47,302 nt of DNA from an uncultured Candidatus Saccharibacteria bacterium (lineage in GTDB: Bacteria; Patescibacteriota; WWE3; 2-01-FULL-39-13). Positions 8,379-17,527 of the stretch are shown here, piece after piece (positions within the stretch are counted from its first letter, which is position 1; every line of letters starts with the position of its first letter). The notes beneath the pieces were generated by a model. The model had not been told where the DNA came from. It worked only from the letters and a program-made list of their open reading frames with translations, and did no database searches. The position numbers and the translations under genes were made by a program. The stretch is from positions 1 through 47,302 of the forward strand of contig CAZDNW010000044.1 of NCBI GenBank assembly GCA_964506905.1, written 5' to 3'.

Positions 8379-9674
8379 TTAACGTGTGAATGTTTCGTAT
8401 TCACGCGTAATTACTTGCGCTTCAATTTGTTTAACTGTTTCTAATACTACTGAAACTACAATAAGTAACCCTGTACCACCAATTGCCAAAGATGTTATAC
8501 CCGTAAAGTTTTGCACAACTAATGGCAAAACAGCTATAGCACCTAAAAAGATTCCACCTGCGAAAGTTAATCTAGTTATTATGTAACTTAGATAATTTTC
8601 TGTAGATTTACCCGGCCTAACGCCTGGAATAAATCCACCAGACCGTCTTACATCATCAGCAATTTTTTCGGGATTAAATGTAACCGCAGTATAGAAATAA
8701 GTAAAAATAAATACTAAGAAAAAGTACAACACGGTATAAAACGGTTTACCAGGAGTAAAGTTCATAGATAACCACAACCCAAAATCTTGTAATTGTTGAG
8801 AACTAGTTTGCTGTAAATAACCTGCAAAAAAGCTTGGTAATAATACGATGGAAACTGCAAAAATTATAGGAATAACACCCGCTTGATTTATTTTAACTGG
8901 TATATAACTTGACCCTCCGCCTGTTGTTTTACTTCCAGATACTCTTGCGGAATACTGAATTTCGATTTTGCGATATGCCTCGTTTACATAAACAACTCCG
9001 GCAATAACAACTAATGAAATGGCTACAAATACTAATATATTAAACATTTGTGCAGCATCTGCTCCAACTAAGGTTATATTGCTTAAACTAGAAGGAATTC
9101 TTGCTAATATACCTGCAAATATAATAATAGAGACACCATTTCCAACACCATAATCTGTTATTAAATTAGCTATCCACATAAGTAAAAACGCACCACCAGT
9201 CATAATAGTAACCATCATTAATATATCAAATGGCCCCATATTTCCCATTATTGATAAATTACCAACTTGTTGTTTTGAAAATATAAAATATAAACCATAT
9301 GATTGAATTATTGCCAATGGTAATGTCAGAAATTGTGTATATTGATTTATTTTTTCTCTACCGTACTGTCCCTCTTTTGATAATTCTTCTAACTGAGGCA
9401 CAACCATTGTTAATAGTTGCATTATAATCGATGCTGTAATATAAGGGCCAACACCCAAGGATATAATTGAAACTTGAGATAATCCACCACCAGAAAATAA
9501 ATTTATCACATTAAACAGTTGGTTTTGTTCAAATATTGTTTTTATTGCGTTTAAATCAACGTTTGGTACTGGAATATGAACTAAAAATCTGTACAATGCC
9601 AAAATTGCAAATGTTACAAATATTTTTTTTCTTACATCCGGAATGTGAAATGCCTTTTTTATTACATCAATCAT
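8379..9674 (-). CDS. secY: Preprotein translocase subunit SecY
   Basis: 431 aa with about 10 hydrophobic helices. Contains LFSGGGLSQVSIISLGVGPYITASIIMQLL and GGFIPGVRPGKSTENYL. Confidence 0.95.
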   Translation of the reverse strand: MIDVIKKAFHIPDVRKKIFVTFAILALYRFLVHIPVPNVDLNAIKTIFEQNQLFNVINLFSGGGLSQVSIISLGVGPYITASIIMQLLTMVVPQLEELSKEGQYGREKINQYTQFLTLPLAIIQSYGLYFIFSKQQVGNLSIMGNMGPFDILMMVTIMTGGAFLLMWIANLITDYGVGNGVSIIIFAGILARIPSSLSNITLVGADAAQMFNILVFVAISLVVIAGVVYVNEAYRKIEIQYSARVSGSKTTGGGSSYIPVKINQAGVIPIIFAVSIVLLPSFFAGYLQQTSSQQLQDFGLWLSMNFTPGKPFYTVLYFFLVFIFTYFYTAVTFNPEKIADDVRRSGGFIPGVRPGKSTENYLSYIITRLTFAGGIFLGAIAVLPLVVQNFTGITSLAIGGTGLLIVVSVVLETVKQIEAQVITREYETFTR

Positions 9675-9702
9675 ACTTATAAAATGAGTGTATCACACAA
9701 AT

Positions 9703-9740
9703 TTTAGTTGCTAAACCGTAAAATATTATTAGCAACTAAA
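9703..9740 (-). promoter_or_regulatory. Perfect 12-bp inverted repeat (hairpin) in the rplO-secY spacer
   Basis: TTTAGTTGCTAA (9703-9714) and TTAGCAACTAAA (9729-9740) are separated by a 14-nt loop. The following tract on the minus strand is only weakly U-rich. Confidence 0.4.
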
Positions 9741-9793
9741 TTTATAATAAACTTTATAGATTATATTGTAAGATTAACAACAAGAGAAGAATT

Positions 9794-10246
9794 TTATTGA
9801 GCTTTTCCACCAGCTTTTTCTATTTTTTCTTTAGCCTTTTTGGAATATGTAAACCCAGAAAATTCTACCTTTTTTGTAATCTCACCTTTGGACAATATTT
9901 TAATCTCATCGTACAATCCTGCTTCTATTACACCACTATCCATAAGTAATTCTGGTGTAATTTTATCTGTTTCATTTATTACTGCAACTAAATCATAAAA
10001 GTTAACAGCTACTACATCTTTTTTGTTGGGATTATTAAACCCTTTTCTATAAGGCAATCTTCTAACTAATGGTGTTTGTCCACCCTCAAACCAAACTCTT
10101 GTTTTTCCACCTGATCTAGACTTTTGACCCTTCATACCTCGTGTTGCAGTGTGACCTCCTTTTGTTGACCCATAACCTCGCCCAACTCTTTTTGCCTTTT
10201 TGGGAATTCCATCTTTTTTTGTTAGATTTGATAATATCTTGCTCAT
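9794..10246 (-). CDS. rplO: 50S ribosomal protein L15 (uL15)
   Basis: KRVGRGYGSTKGGHTATRGMKGQKSRSGG and FEGGQTPLVRRLP. Confidence 0.95.
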   Translation of the reverse strand: MSKILSNLTKKDGIPKKAKRVGRGYGSTKGGHTATRGMKGQKSRSGGKTRVWFEGGQTPLVRRLPYRKGFNNPNKKDVVAVNFYDLVAVINETDKITPELLMDSGVIEAGLYDEIKILSKGEITKKVEFSGFTYSKKAKEKIEKAGGKAQ

Positions 10247-10247
10247 A

Positions 10248-10769
10248 TTAATCCTTTCTTAAACTTTTTAATGCTTTTACTAATGCATACGAGTTATTAA
10301 TTTGATTGTTAGTACCAATTATTTTTGCCGATACATTTTTGTATCCCGCTAATTCTAGTATATGTCTTAAACTTCCTCCCGCTATAATACCTGCACCTTC
10401 TGGAGCTGGTTTTAAATATAACACTGATGACCCATCTTTAATATAAACTTCGTGAGGTATACTACCGCTTTCAGTAATTGGAACATTAAACATTTCTTTT
10501 CTTGCTTTATCTTTTGCTTTTTGAATTGCCAATGTATTTTCTTTTGATTTTGCTATTGCAACACCGACATTTCCGTTATGATCACCTGCCACAGCTAAAA
10601 CTGAAAAATGAAAAGATGATCCACCAGCTCTTTTTGTAGAAACTCTTCTAACTTTAAGTAATCTTTCTTCGATTCCGGTTTCTTCTTGATTGTCAAAGTT
10701 TTTATTCTTCGGTGAAACTTCTTTTTTCTTTATTTCTTTTTTTGTTGTTTCTTTTTTAATGTCTTTCAT
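10248..10769 (-). CDS. rpsE: 30S ribosomal protein S5 (uS5), Lys-rich N-terminal extension
   Basis: ERLLKVRRVSTKRAGGSSFHFSVLAVAGDHNGNVGVAIAKSKE and PAPEGAGIIAGG. Only 1 nt separates it from rplO. Confidence 0.95.
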   Translation of the reverse strand: MKDIKKETTKKEIKKKEVSPKNKNFDNQEETGIEERLLKVRRVSTKRAGGSSFHFSVLAVAGDHNGNVGVAIAKSKENTLAIQKAKDKARKEMFNVPITESGSIPHEVYIKDGSSVLYLKPAPEGAGIIAGGSLRHILELAGYKNVSAKIIGTNNQINNSYALVKALKSLRKD

Positions 10770-10789
10770 GTTAAATCAAATATTTAAAC

Positions 10790-11146
10790 TTAAAATTTTA
10801 CACCTGCTTTTCGAATTCCATCTGCTAAAGCTTTTACTCTACCATGGTATCTGTAAGAAGATCTGTCAAATACTCCTGTATTAATTCCTTTCTTTATTAG
10901 TAATTTTCCAAAATTCTCTCCGACTAAGATTGCTTGTTCGGTTTTGGTCTTGTTTAAGTCTTTTTTATCAAGTTTTAATGAAGAAAAAGATGTAATCGTA
11001 ACACCTTTTACATCGTCTATTGCTTGTACATATATATATTTATTAGATCTAAAAACGTTAAATCTTGGTTTTTTCGCATTACCACGAATTTTATTTCGTA
11101 TTTTTGCTTGTCTTCGTTCTCTTGTAGTTTTATATAAATTAACCAT
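10790..11146 (-). CDS. rplR: 50S ribosomal protein L18 (uL18)
   Basis: RERRQAKIRNKIRGNAKKPRFNVFRSNKYIYVQAIDD and FDRSSYRYHGRVKALADGIRKAGVKF. Confidence 0.95.
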   Translation of the reverse strand: MVNLYKTTRERRQAKIRNKIRGNAKKPRFNVFRSNKYIYVQAIDDVKGVTITSFSSLKLDKKDLNKTKTEQAILVGENFGKLLIKKGINTGVFDRSSYRYHGRVKALADGIRKAGVKF

Positions 11147-11161
11147 AATTATTAATAACTA

Positions 11162-11710
11162 TTACGCTGCTGACTTAGCGGCTTTGCCTTGTTTTCTTCT
11201 AATTATTTCATCAACATATTTGATTCCTTTGCCTTTATATGGTTCAGGTTTTCGTATTGCTCTAATGTTTGCAGCCACTTGACCGACTTGTTGTTTATCA
11301 ATTCCCGACACTTTTATCTTTGTATTACCCTCGACATCAAATGTAATTCCTTCTGGTGCCTCAACTATTACATCATGCGAATATCCAACAAATAACTTAA
11401 GATTATTACCAACTTTTTCGACACGATAGCCTATTCCAACTAATTCCAATTCTTTTGAAAAGCCCTCGGTAACACCTATTATACAGTTTTGGATTAATGA
11501 TCTTACTAATCCCCAATATGCCTTTGCATTCTCTTCATTCTCATCTTTTATGCTTAAAATTACTTGATTATCTTTAACTTCCACATTAACCATTGGCATA
11601 TTATTTACAGATAATTCACCCTTTGGACCTTTCACTTTAATTTTGTCATCTTCAATTGTTACTTCAACTCCGCTTGGTATATCAATTGGAGTTTTTCCTA
11701 ATTTGCTCAT
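11162..11710 (-). CDS. rplF: 50S ribosomal protein L6 (uL6)
   Basis: MSKLGKTPIDIPSGVEVTI, GIGYRVEK, and RAIRKPEPYKGKGIKYVDE. Confidence 0.95.
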   Translation of the reverse strand: MSKLGKTPIDIPSGVEVTIEDDKIKVKGPKGELSVNNMPMVNVEVKDNQVILSIKDENEENAKAYWGLVRSLIQNCIIGVTEGFSKELELVGIGYRVEKVGNNLKLFVGYSHDVIVEAPEGITFDVEGNTKIKVSGIDKQQVGQVAANIRAIRKPEPYKGKGIKYVDEIIRRKQGKAAKSAA

Positions 11711-11714
11711 AATA

Positions 11715-12116
11715 TTAAAAAACTTTACAAATAACTTCTCCTCCTAACTTTTTTCTTTTTGCTTCTGTGCTAGACATAACACCTCTTGATGTTGATATAA
11801 CATACATACCATAACCACTTAATACCGGCTTGATTTCATCATATTTTTTATAAACTCTTAAACTTGGTTTAGATACTCTTGATATGTGCTGAATAGCAGG
11901 TTTACCCTCAGCATTATATTTTAATTTCAAGCTCAACCCTTTGTATGCCTTATTATCATATTTAAATACTTTTACATCTTCTATATACCCCTCATCTTTA
12001 AGTACTTTAGCAATGTTTTCTAATTTTTTAGAATAAGGCATTTCAACAACTGCATCTTGCCTTTCTTGGGCATTTCGTATTCTTGTTAACATGTCTGATA
12101 TTGAATCTGTCATCAT
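11715..12116 (-). CDS. rpsH: 30S ribosomal protein S8 (uS8)
   Basis: MMTDSISDMLTRIRNAQERQ.. and ..GGEVICKVF. I prefer the start at M13 of the track ORF, 1 nt after the S14 stop. Confidence 0.93.
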   Translation of the reverse strand: MMTDSISDMLTRIRNAQERQDAVVEMPYSKKLENIAKVLKDEGYIEDVKVFKYDNKAYKGLSLKLKYNAEGKPAIQHISRVSKPSLRVYKKYDEIKPVLSGYGMYVISTSRGVMSSTEAKRKKLGGEVICKVF

Positions 12117-12117
12117 A

Positions 12118-12303
12118 TTACCAGCTTGCTTTTCGTACTCCAGGAAGTACACCTTGGTGAGCGAGTTCCCGGAAACAAATTCTACATAATTTAAACTTTC
12201 TCATGTAACCATGCGATCTACCACATCTTTCACATCTGTTATATTCTCTCACTTTATATTTTTTCGGTTTTTTCCATTTTTCTACTTGTGATTTCTTTGG
12301 CAT
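12118..12303 (-). CDS. rpsZ: 30S ribosomal protein S14, zinc-binding type Z (61 aa)
   Basis: [38 protein letters not shown]; the C-x2-C..C-x2-C form. Confidence 0.95.
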   Translation of the reverse strand: MPKKSQVEKWKKPKKYKVREYNRCERCGRSHGYMRKFKLCRICFRELAHQGVLPGVRKASW

Positions 12304-12315
12304 AATTTTCTTAAA

Positions 12316-12891
12316 CTATTTTTTACTTTGATTAACTTTTTGATTTTCACTTTTGACATCTTTGAATGGCATATATAAAGCTTTTAATAATTTATATCCT
12401 TCCTCATCATTTTTAGCACTTGTACTAATTGTAACTTGTAACGGTTTTATATATGACACTTTATTAGCGTCAATCTCTGGAAATATAATGTGCTCTGTAA
12501 ACCCAATATTATAATTTCCATTTCCATCAAAAGACTTAGGTGAAATTCCCCTAAAATCCTTCATTCTAGGAAAAACTATTTTAACAAGTTTTTCATAAAA
12601 ATCCCACATTCTATCGCCTCTTAATGTTACAGAGATACCCGCTAACTGCCCTTGTCTTAACTTAAAGTTAGAAATAGATACCTTTGCTTTTCTTAACGAT
12701 GGTTTTTGTCCAGAAATCATAGTAACATCGTTTATCGCTTCTTCAATAAACTGTTTATTATCTCTGTTTCTTCCAACACCCATATTTATTACAATCTTCT
12801 TTAATTTAGGAACAGCTAACTTAGAACTCAAATTAAGTTCTTTCATCAATTGTTCTGAAATTGTTTTTTGATACTCTTCTTTTAAAGTCAT
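12316..12891 (-). CDS. rplE: 50S ribosomal protein L5 (uL5)
   Basis: VPKLKKIVINMGVG, GQKPSLRKAKVSISNFKLRQG, and FDGNGNYNIGFTEHIIFPEI. Confidence 0.95.
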   Translation of the reverse strand: MTLKEEYQKTISEQLMKELNLSSKLAVPKLKKIVINMGVGRNRDNKQFIEEAINDVTMISGQKPSLRKAKVSISNFKLRQGQLAGISVTLRGDRMWDFYEKLVKIVFPRMKDFRGISPKSFDGNGNYNIGFTEHIIFPEIDANKVSYIKPLQVTISTSAKNDEEGYKLLKALYMPFKDVKSENQKVNQSKK

Positions 12892-12893
12892 AA

Positions 12894-13199
12894 TTATTTA
12901 ATAACTTCTCCACATTTTTTGCAATATCTATACTTTTTGTTGTTTTCTACTTTATATCCTACCCTTGTAGGTTTTCCACACTTTGGACATACTAACATAA
13001 CATTTGATATATCAATAGGTCTATTTACTTTAATAATCCCTCCTCCTGCCTTAGCTGTGGGCTTCATATGTTTTGTAACAACATTAACACCTTCAACCAA
13101 AACTTTAGACTCGTCTGAATAAACTCTTTCAACAGTCCCTTTTTTACCTTTATATTTACCTGTTATTACCATTACGGTATCACCTTTTTTTATTTTCAT
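12894..13199 (-). CDS. rplX: 50S ribosomal protein L24 (uL24) with C-terminal Cys4 ribbon
   Basis: [23 protein letters not shown] is the KOW motif. [19 protein letters not shown] is the same Cys pattern I recall from Thermus L24. Confidence 0.95.
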   Translation of the reverse strand: MKIKKGDTVMVITGKYKGKKGTVERVYSDESKVLVEGVNVVTKHMKPTAKAGGGIIKVNRPIDISNVMLVCPKCGKPTRVGYKVENNKKYRYCKKCGEVIK

Positions 13200-13202
13200 A
13201 AT

Positions 13203-13574
13203 TTACCAAACTTCAGGAGCTAATGACACAATTTTATTGTAGCCATTATCTCTTAACTCACGGGCAACTGGTCCAAAAATTCTAGTTGCTCTTGGTGCCT
13301 TGTTTTTATCTATAACAACTGCAGCATTATCATCAAACCTTATATACGAACCGTCTCTTCTTCTAATTTCTTTTCTAGTTCTAACAATTACAGCTCTAAC
13401 AACTTCATGATCTTTAACATTTGTACCTACACCCGTAGTACCTCTTACTGAACAGGTTACTACATCTCCAATTTGAGCAAATCTCTTTTTTGAATACCCG
13501 GGAATTCCGATTACATTTAATCTTTTTGCTCCCGAGTTATCTGCACATTTTAATACCGATTGTTTTTGTATCAT
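13203..13574 (-). CDS. rplN: 50S ribosomal protein L14 (uL14)
   Basis: [24 protein letters not shown] and [30 protein letters not shown]. Confidence 0.96.
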   Translation of the reverse strand: MIQKQSVLKCADNSGAKRLNVIGIPGYSKKRFAQIGDVVTCSVRGTTGVGTNVKDHEVVRAVIVRTRKEIRRRDGSYIRFDDNAAVVIDKNKAPRATRIFGPVARELRDNGYNKIVSLAPEVW

Positions 13575-13807
13575 GACAACTTTTCAATAACTATAAAATT
13601 TTTATGCTTACTTATCGGTGCTACTTCTCTTATTACAACTGTGTCACCCTCTTTTAAATCAATTCCATCATAATGTACTTTATATTTTTTATGTGAAGTA
13701 TATCTTTTGTTATACTTCTTATGTTTTTTTGCTGTACCAACCTCAACAACACATGTTTTTTGCATTTTGGTTGATACAACTTTTCCCGTTAATGTTTTAC
13801 CCTTCAT
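13571..13807 (-). CDS. rpsQ: 30S ribosomal protein S17 (uS17)
   Basis: [49 protein letters not shown]. Its TGA stop overlaps the rplN ATG as ATGA. Confidence 0.94.
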   Translation of the reverse strand: MKGKTLTGKVVSTKMQKTCVVEVGTAKKHKKYNKRYTSHKKYKVHYDGIDLKEGDTVVIREVAPISKHKNFIVIEKLS

Positions 13808-13997
13808 TTAATACCTCCTTTTCACGAATTACTGTTTTTATTTGCGCAATTTCTTTTTTTAATTTTTTTACAATCGATGTGTTTTTTTCTTTTCCAATTT
13901 TAAGCTCTAACTTTTTATCAATTAATTCTTTATTCTTTTCTACAAGTGTTTTTTGTAATTCTTTTTTATCTTGTTGTCTTAATTCTTTTACCGTCAT
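13797..13997 (-). CDS. rpmC: 50S ribosomal protein L29 (uL29)
   Basis: 66 aa; VKELRQQDKKELQKTLVEKNKEL..IAQIKTVIRE. Sits between rplP and rpsQ. Confidence 0.9.
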   Translation of the reverse strand: MTVKELRQQDKKELQKTLVEKNKELIDKKLELKIGKEKNTSIVKKLKKEIAQIKTVIREKEVLNEG

Positions 13998-13999
13998 AA

Positions 14000-14410
14000 T
14001 TAATCCTCATCTGAAACAAATACTGTTTTCATTGGCAATTTTGCAGAAGCTATTCGAAACGCTTCTTTTGCCACACTTTCTTCAACACCTGCTAGTTCAA
14101 ATAATATCTTTCCAGGTTTTACCCTAGCTGTATATTGATCGACAGCACCTTTTCCCTTACCCATTCTAACTTCTAAAGGTTTTTTAGTTACAGGCCTATC
14201 TGGAAAAACTCTAATGTATACCTTTCCACCTCTTTTTGTTGTACCTGTTATAGCTCTTCTTGCAGCTTCAATTTGCCGTGATGTTAGATAACCTCTCTCT
14301 ACTGCTTTTAACCCATATTCACCAAAATTTAATTCATAGCCACGAGTACTTATACCTCTGTTTTTTCCTCTCATCTGCTTTCTGTATTTTGTCTTTTTTG
14401 GCATTAACAT
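14000..14410 (-). CDS. rplP: 50S ribosomal protein L16 (uL16)
   Basis: [34 protein letters not shown], and [25 protein letters not shown]. Confidence 0.96.
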   Translation of the reverse strand: MLMPKKTKYRKQMRGKNRGISTRGYELNFGEYGLKAVERGYLTSRQIEAARRAITGTTKRGGKVYIRVFPDRPVTKKPLEVRMGKGKGAVDQYTARVKPGKILFELAGVEESVAKEAFRIASAKLPMKTVFVSDED

Positions 14411-14431
14411 AATAATCTCCTTAGTATAAAA

Positions 14432-15061
14432 CTATTTTTCTTCTCCTTTATAAATCCAAACTTTTATTCCTATCGTTCCACCTCTTGTGTAAGCTACTGT
14501 TTTTGCATAATCAATATCAGCCCTTAATGTTTGCGTAGGAACAGGTCCTCTTGATGTTGTTATAACTGTTCCCATACTATTTGGGCCAAATAAAGTTCCA
14601 CCGGCCTCAATTTTTATACCCTTAGCCCCTGACTCCATTGCTTTATCTGCCGCTACATTAATCGCCCTCTTAGGGCTAACTCTTTTTTCAATTTGCATAG
14701 CTATAGTTTCTGCCACAACAGGTGCACTTAATTCTGGTTGTTTTACTTCTTCTATCAAAAGATCTATGTCATCCTTTGTTATCTTTTTTATGCTTTCTCT
14801 TATTTGCGACAATCCAGTACCTTTTCTTCCAATAACAACCCCAGGTCTTGTTACGCGAATTATTATTTTAACAGATTTTATTGATCTTTCAATCAAAATT
14901 GAATCTAACCCTGCTGTTCTTAGTTTTTTTCGCAACACAGCTCTTATTTTGGCATCTTCAACAACTCTATCTGCATATCTATCACCTTCAGCAAACCATG
15001 AAGATAACCATGGTTTTGTAATACCAACTCTTAAACCTATTGGGTCTATTTTTCTACTCAT
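14432..15061 (-). CDS. rpsC: 30S ribosomal protein S3 (uS3)
   Basis: KIDPIGLRVGITKPWLSSWFA, a KH domain (VTRPGVVIGRKGTG), and GTIGIKVWIYKGE. Confidence 0.95.
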   Translation of the reverse strand: MSRKIDPIGLRVGITKPWLSSWFAEGDRYADRVVEDAKIRAVLRKKLRTAGLDSILIERSIKSVKIIIRVTRPGVVIGRKGTGLSQIRESIKKITKDDIDLLIEEVKQPELSAPVVAETIAMQIEKRVSPKRAINVAADKAMESGAKGIKIEAGGTLFGPNSMGTVITTSRGPVPTQTLRADIDYAKTVAYTRGGTIGIKVWIYKGEEK

Positions 15062-15458
15062 TAGGTTCCTCCTTCTTTTCTATTTTTTTAGAACTATTTA
15101 TCACTCCTAATTCAATTGTTATATTTGACCATCTCTTTAGTATTGGATGAATATGTCCGTGTGAACCATATCTGTACCTTTTTAAAGTTAAACCTTTTCC
15201 CAATTTAACATCTTTTACATATAAGTTATCCATTTCATATCCTTTTTGATTTGCATTTGCTACTGCAGACATTAAAACCTTTTTTAAAATTTTCGATGCT
15301 TTATTGTTGTAAAAAGTAAGTTTATTTAATGCTGGTCTTACTTCGTTTCCTCTGATTTCATTAGCAGTTAACCTAACTTTACTCGGAGAAATATGAGCAT
15401 TTTTGTAGGTACTTTTAATAACTTCTTTTTTTGTTGCGTTACTTTTTTCTTTTAACAT
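15054..15458 (-). CDS. rplV: 50S ribosomal protein L22 (uL22)
   Basis: HISPSKVRLTANEIRG, KILKKVLMSAVANA, and KRYRYGSHGHIHPILKRWSNITIEL. Confidence 0.93.
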   Translation of the reverse strand: MLKEKSNATKKEVIKSTYKNAHISPSKVRLTANEIRGNEVRPALNKLTFYNNKASKILKKVLMSAVANANQKGYEMDNLYVKDVKLGKGLTLKRYRYGSHGHIHPILKRWSNITIELGVINSSKKIEKKEEPNE

Positions 15459-15460
15459 AA

Positions 15461-15730
15461 TTATTTACCTTTCTTTTTAGCATGCGATCTAAACGTTCTT
15501 GTTGGAGCAAATTCACCCAACTTATGCCCAACCATAGATTCAGTTACATAAACAGGTATATGCTTTTTACCATTATGAACCTCAAATGTTAAACCAACCA
15601 TTTCTGGCGTAATACTTGAAGATCTTGCCCATGTTTTAATAGGCGTTCGATCACCTGTTTCTTTTGCCTTATTCACTTTTTTCATAAGCTTTTCGTCCAC
15701 AAATGGACCTTTCTTTAATGATCTTGACAT
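15461..15730 (-). CDS. rpsS: 30S ribosomal protein S19 (uS19)
   Basis: [67 protein letters not shown]. Confidence 0.96.
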   Translation of the reverse strand: MSRSLKKGPFVDEKLMKKVNKAKETGDRTPIKTWARSSSITPEMVGLTFEVHNGKKHIPVYVTESMVGHKLGEFAPTRTFRSHAKKKGK

Positions 15731-15774
15731 AAGTGCCTATAGTAGCAGAAAACTCTTTATTTGAAAAGATTTTT

Positions 15775-16599
15775 CTACTTAATTCGTCTGTCTTTAACTA
15801 TATACTTATCAGTATGCTTTCTTTTTCTGGTTTTCTTACCTTTTGCTAAATTACCCCATTTATCAACAGGATGTCTACCAACTCTTCTACTGTACGAACC
15901 TGCTAATGGGTGTGAATCAGACCTTGCTTTACCTCTTGTTTTTGGCCTTTTACCCATATGATAACTTCTGCCTGCTTTACCTAATTTAACCAATTTCCAT
16001 TCGTCTCTACCTAATTGTCCAATTGTAGCTTTACACTCAGATAAAAACTTTCTAACCTCGCCACTCGGCATTTTAACATTAACATATTTGCCTTCTTTTG
16101 CTGTAATATAAGCTGCTGTACCAGCACTTCTTACAAATTTACCACCAGCATTTGGATATAATTCGATATTATGGATTGGTAAACCAATTGGTATATTCTT
16201 CATTTGCATAGCGTTTCCAACCTTTGCTTCTAACTTTTCCCCAGACATAACAACATCACCTACATTTAGTTCAGTAGGTCGCAGAATATATGCCTTATCT
16301 CCATCTACATAAGAAATTAACGCTATGTCACATGTTCTATTTGGATCGTAATCTATAGAGACCACTTTACCCTCAACATTAAATTTATTTCTTTTAAAAT
16401 CTATTTGCCTGTACCTCTTTTTTGCACCAACTCTTTTTTGGTATACCGAAATTCTACCGTGTGATCTTCCAGCATCTCTTTTGACAACTTTACTAAACTT
16501 CTTTAGTATTCTTTTGTCTGCTTTTTTATTACTGGCTTCAGAAATCAATATTGTTTGATTTCTCCGTCCTGGACTTGTTGGTTTATATTTTTTTATCAT
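15775..16599 (-). CDS. rplB: 50S ribosomal protein L2 (uL2)
   Basis: KPTSPGRRNQT, DYDPNRTCDIALISY, GNAMQMKNIPIGLPIHNIEL, and HPLAGSYSRRVGRHP. Confidence 0.96.
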   Translation of the reverse strand: MIKKYKPTSPGRRNQTILISEASNKKADKRILKKFSKVVKRDAGRSHGRISVYQKRVGAKKRYRQIDFKRNKFNVEGKVVSIDYDPNRTCDIALISYVDGDKAYILRPTELNVGDVVMSGEKLEAKVGNAMQMKNIPIGLPIHNIELYPNAGGKFVRSAGTAAYITAKEGKYVNVKMPSGEVRKFLSECKATIGQLGRDEWKLVKLGKAGRSYHMGKRPKTRGKARSDSHPLAGSYSRRVGRHPVDKWGNLAKGKKTRKRKHTDKYIVKDRRIK

Positions 16600-16898
16600 T
16601 ACTTACCTCCTTCGAAAATTTTAATACTGTTTTTTTCTGCAAGTTGAACTACAGCTTTTTTTGTATCTTTTGATCTGTACTGCAACCTTCTGCCGACTAA
16701 ACTTCTTTTTAATCTACCACGATTTTTTAAAACATTTACTTGTTCTACCTTAACATCAAAAATATCTTCAACTGCTTTTTTAATTTGTCCTTTTGTTGCA
16801 TCGTTTGCAACTTCAAATGTATACTTATTCTCTAGCTCAACAAGCTTTATGCTTTTTTCTGTAATTATTGGACCGATTATTACCTTTCTATAATTCAT
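16599..16898 (-). CDS. rplW: 50S ribosomal protein L23 (uL23)
   Basis: 99 aa; IIGPIITEKSIKLVELENKYTFEVANDATKGQIKKAVEDIFDVKVEQVNV. Confidence 0.93.
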   Translation of the reverse strand: MNYRKVIIGPIITEKSIKLVELENKYTFEVANDATKGQIKKAVEDIFDVKVEQVNVLKNRGRLKRSLVGRRLQYRSKDTKKAVVQLAEKNSIKIFEGGK

Positions 16899-16900
16899 AA

Positions 16901-17527
16901 TTACGCAACTTTCTTAGAAACTAAATCAACTGACTTACCTTCAAAAACAACAACATCGGCTAGTAATAAATCATAAGCCGACAACTCATCCACATTTCTT
17001 ACAAAAACGCCTTTTATATTTCTAAACGACTTATTTACTAAATCTGATTTATCATGAACGATCAACACTTTACCGTTCAATTTAGCATTTTTTAAGAATT
17101 TATTTGCATCTTTTGTTGATATTTCTTTAGAATCTTTTAAATAATCCACCACTAACAATTGATTCTCTTTTGCTTTAATCAATAAAGAATCATTAAATAC
17201 TCTTTTTTTCATTTTTTTATTCAACGATTTATTCCAATTCTTAGGAACAGGCCCATGAATAACACCACCGCCTCTCCACAATGGCGATCTGATAGAACCA
17301 GCTCTTGCTCTTCCCGTACCTTTTTGCCTCCACGGTTTTCTTCCACCACCTCTAACTTCAGATTTAGTCTTCACCTTAGCTGTACCTTGCCTTTGATTTA
17401 ATTGATAAATCCGCACATATTGAGCTATTAAGTCTGTGTTAATCTCCCAATCTTTTATGGGGAAATCAACCTCTTTTATTTCTTTGCCTTGTTTATCTAT
17501 TACTTTAATTTTCATTTGTATTTTCAA
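16901..17527 (-). CDS. rplD: 50S ribosomal protein L4 (uL4)
   Basis: QRQGTAKVKTKSEVRGGGRKPWRQKGTGRARAGSIRSPLWRGGGVIHGP. The start could instead be M5 (17515). Confidence 0.94.
   Translation of the reverse strand: MKIQMKIKVIDKQGKEIKEVDFPIKDWEINTDLIAQYVRIYQLNQRQGTAKVKTKSEVRGGGRKPWRQKGTGRARAGSIRSPLWRGGGVIHGPVPKNWNKSLNKKMKKRVFNDSLLIKAKENQLLVVDYLKDSKEISTKDANKFLKNAKLNGKVLIVHDKSDLVNKSFRNIKGVFVRNVDELSAYDLLLADVVVFEGKSVDLVSKKVA

Noticed and set aside
13618-14127. 169-aa plus-strand ORF, and many similar ORFs (e.g. 430-618, 3079-3342, 3612-3914, 4209-4679, 4710-4997, 5206-5490, 6121-6507, 10944-11282, 14766-15110, 18966-19247, 29807-30097, 31320-31742, 38924-39223, 41303-41590)
   Set aside because: All lie antisense to strongly identified genes (r-proteins, rpoA/B/C, tuf, secD and others). 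Their translations are low-complexity and F/L/S/I-rich, typical of shadow frames in AT-rich DNA.
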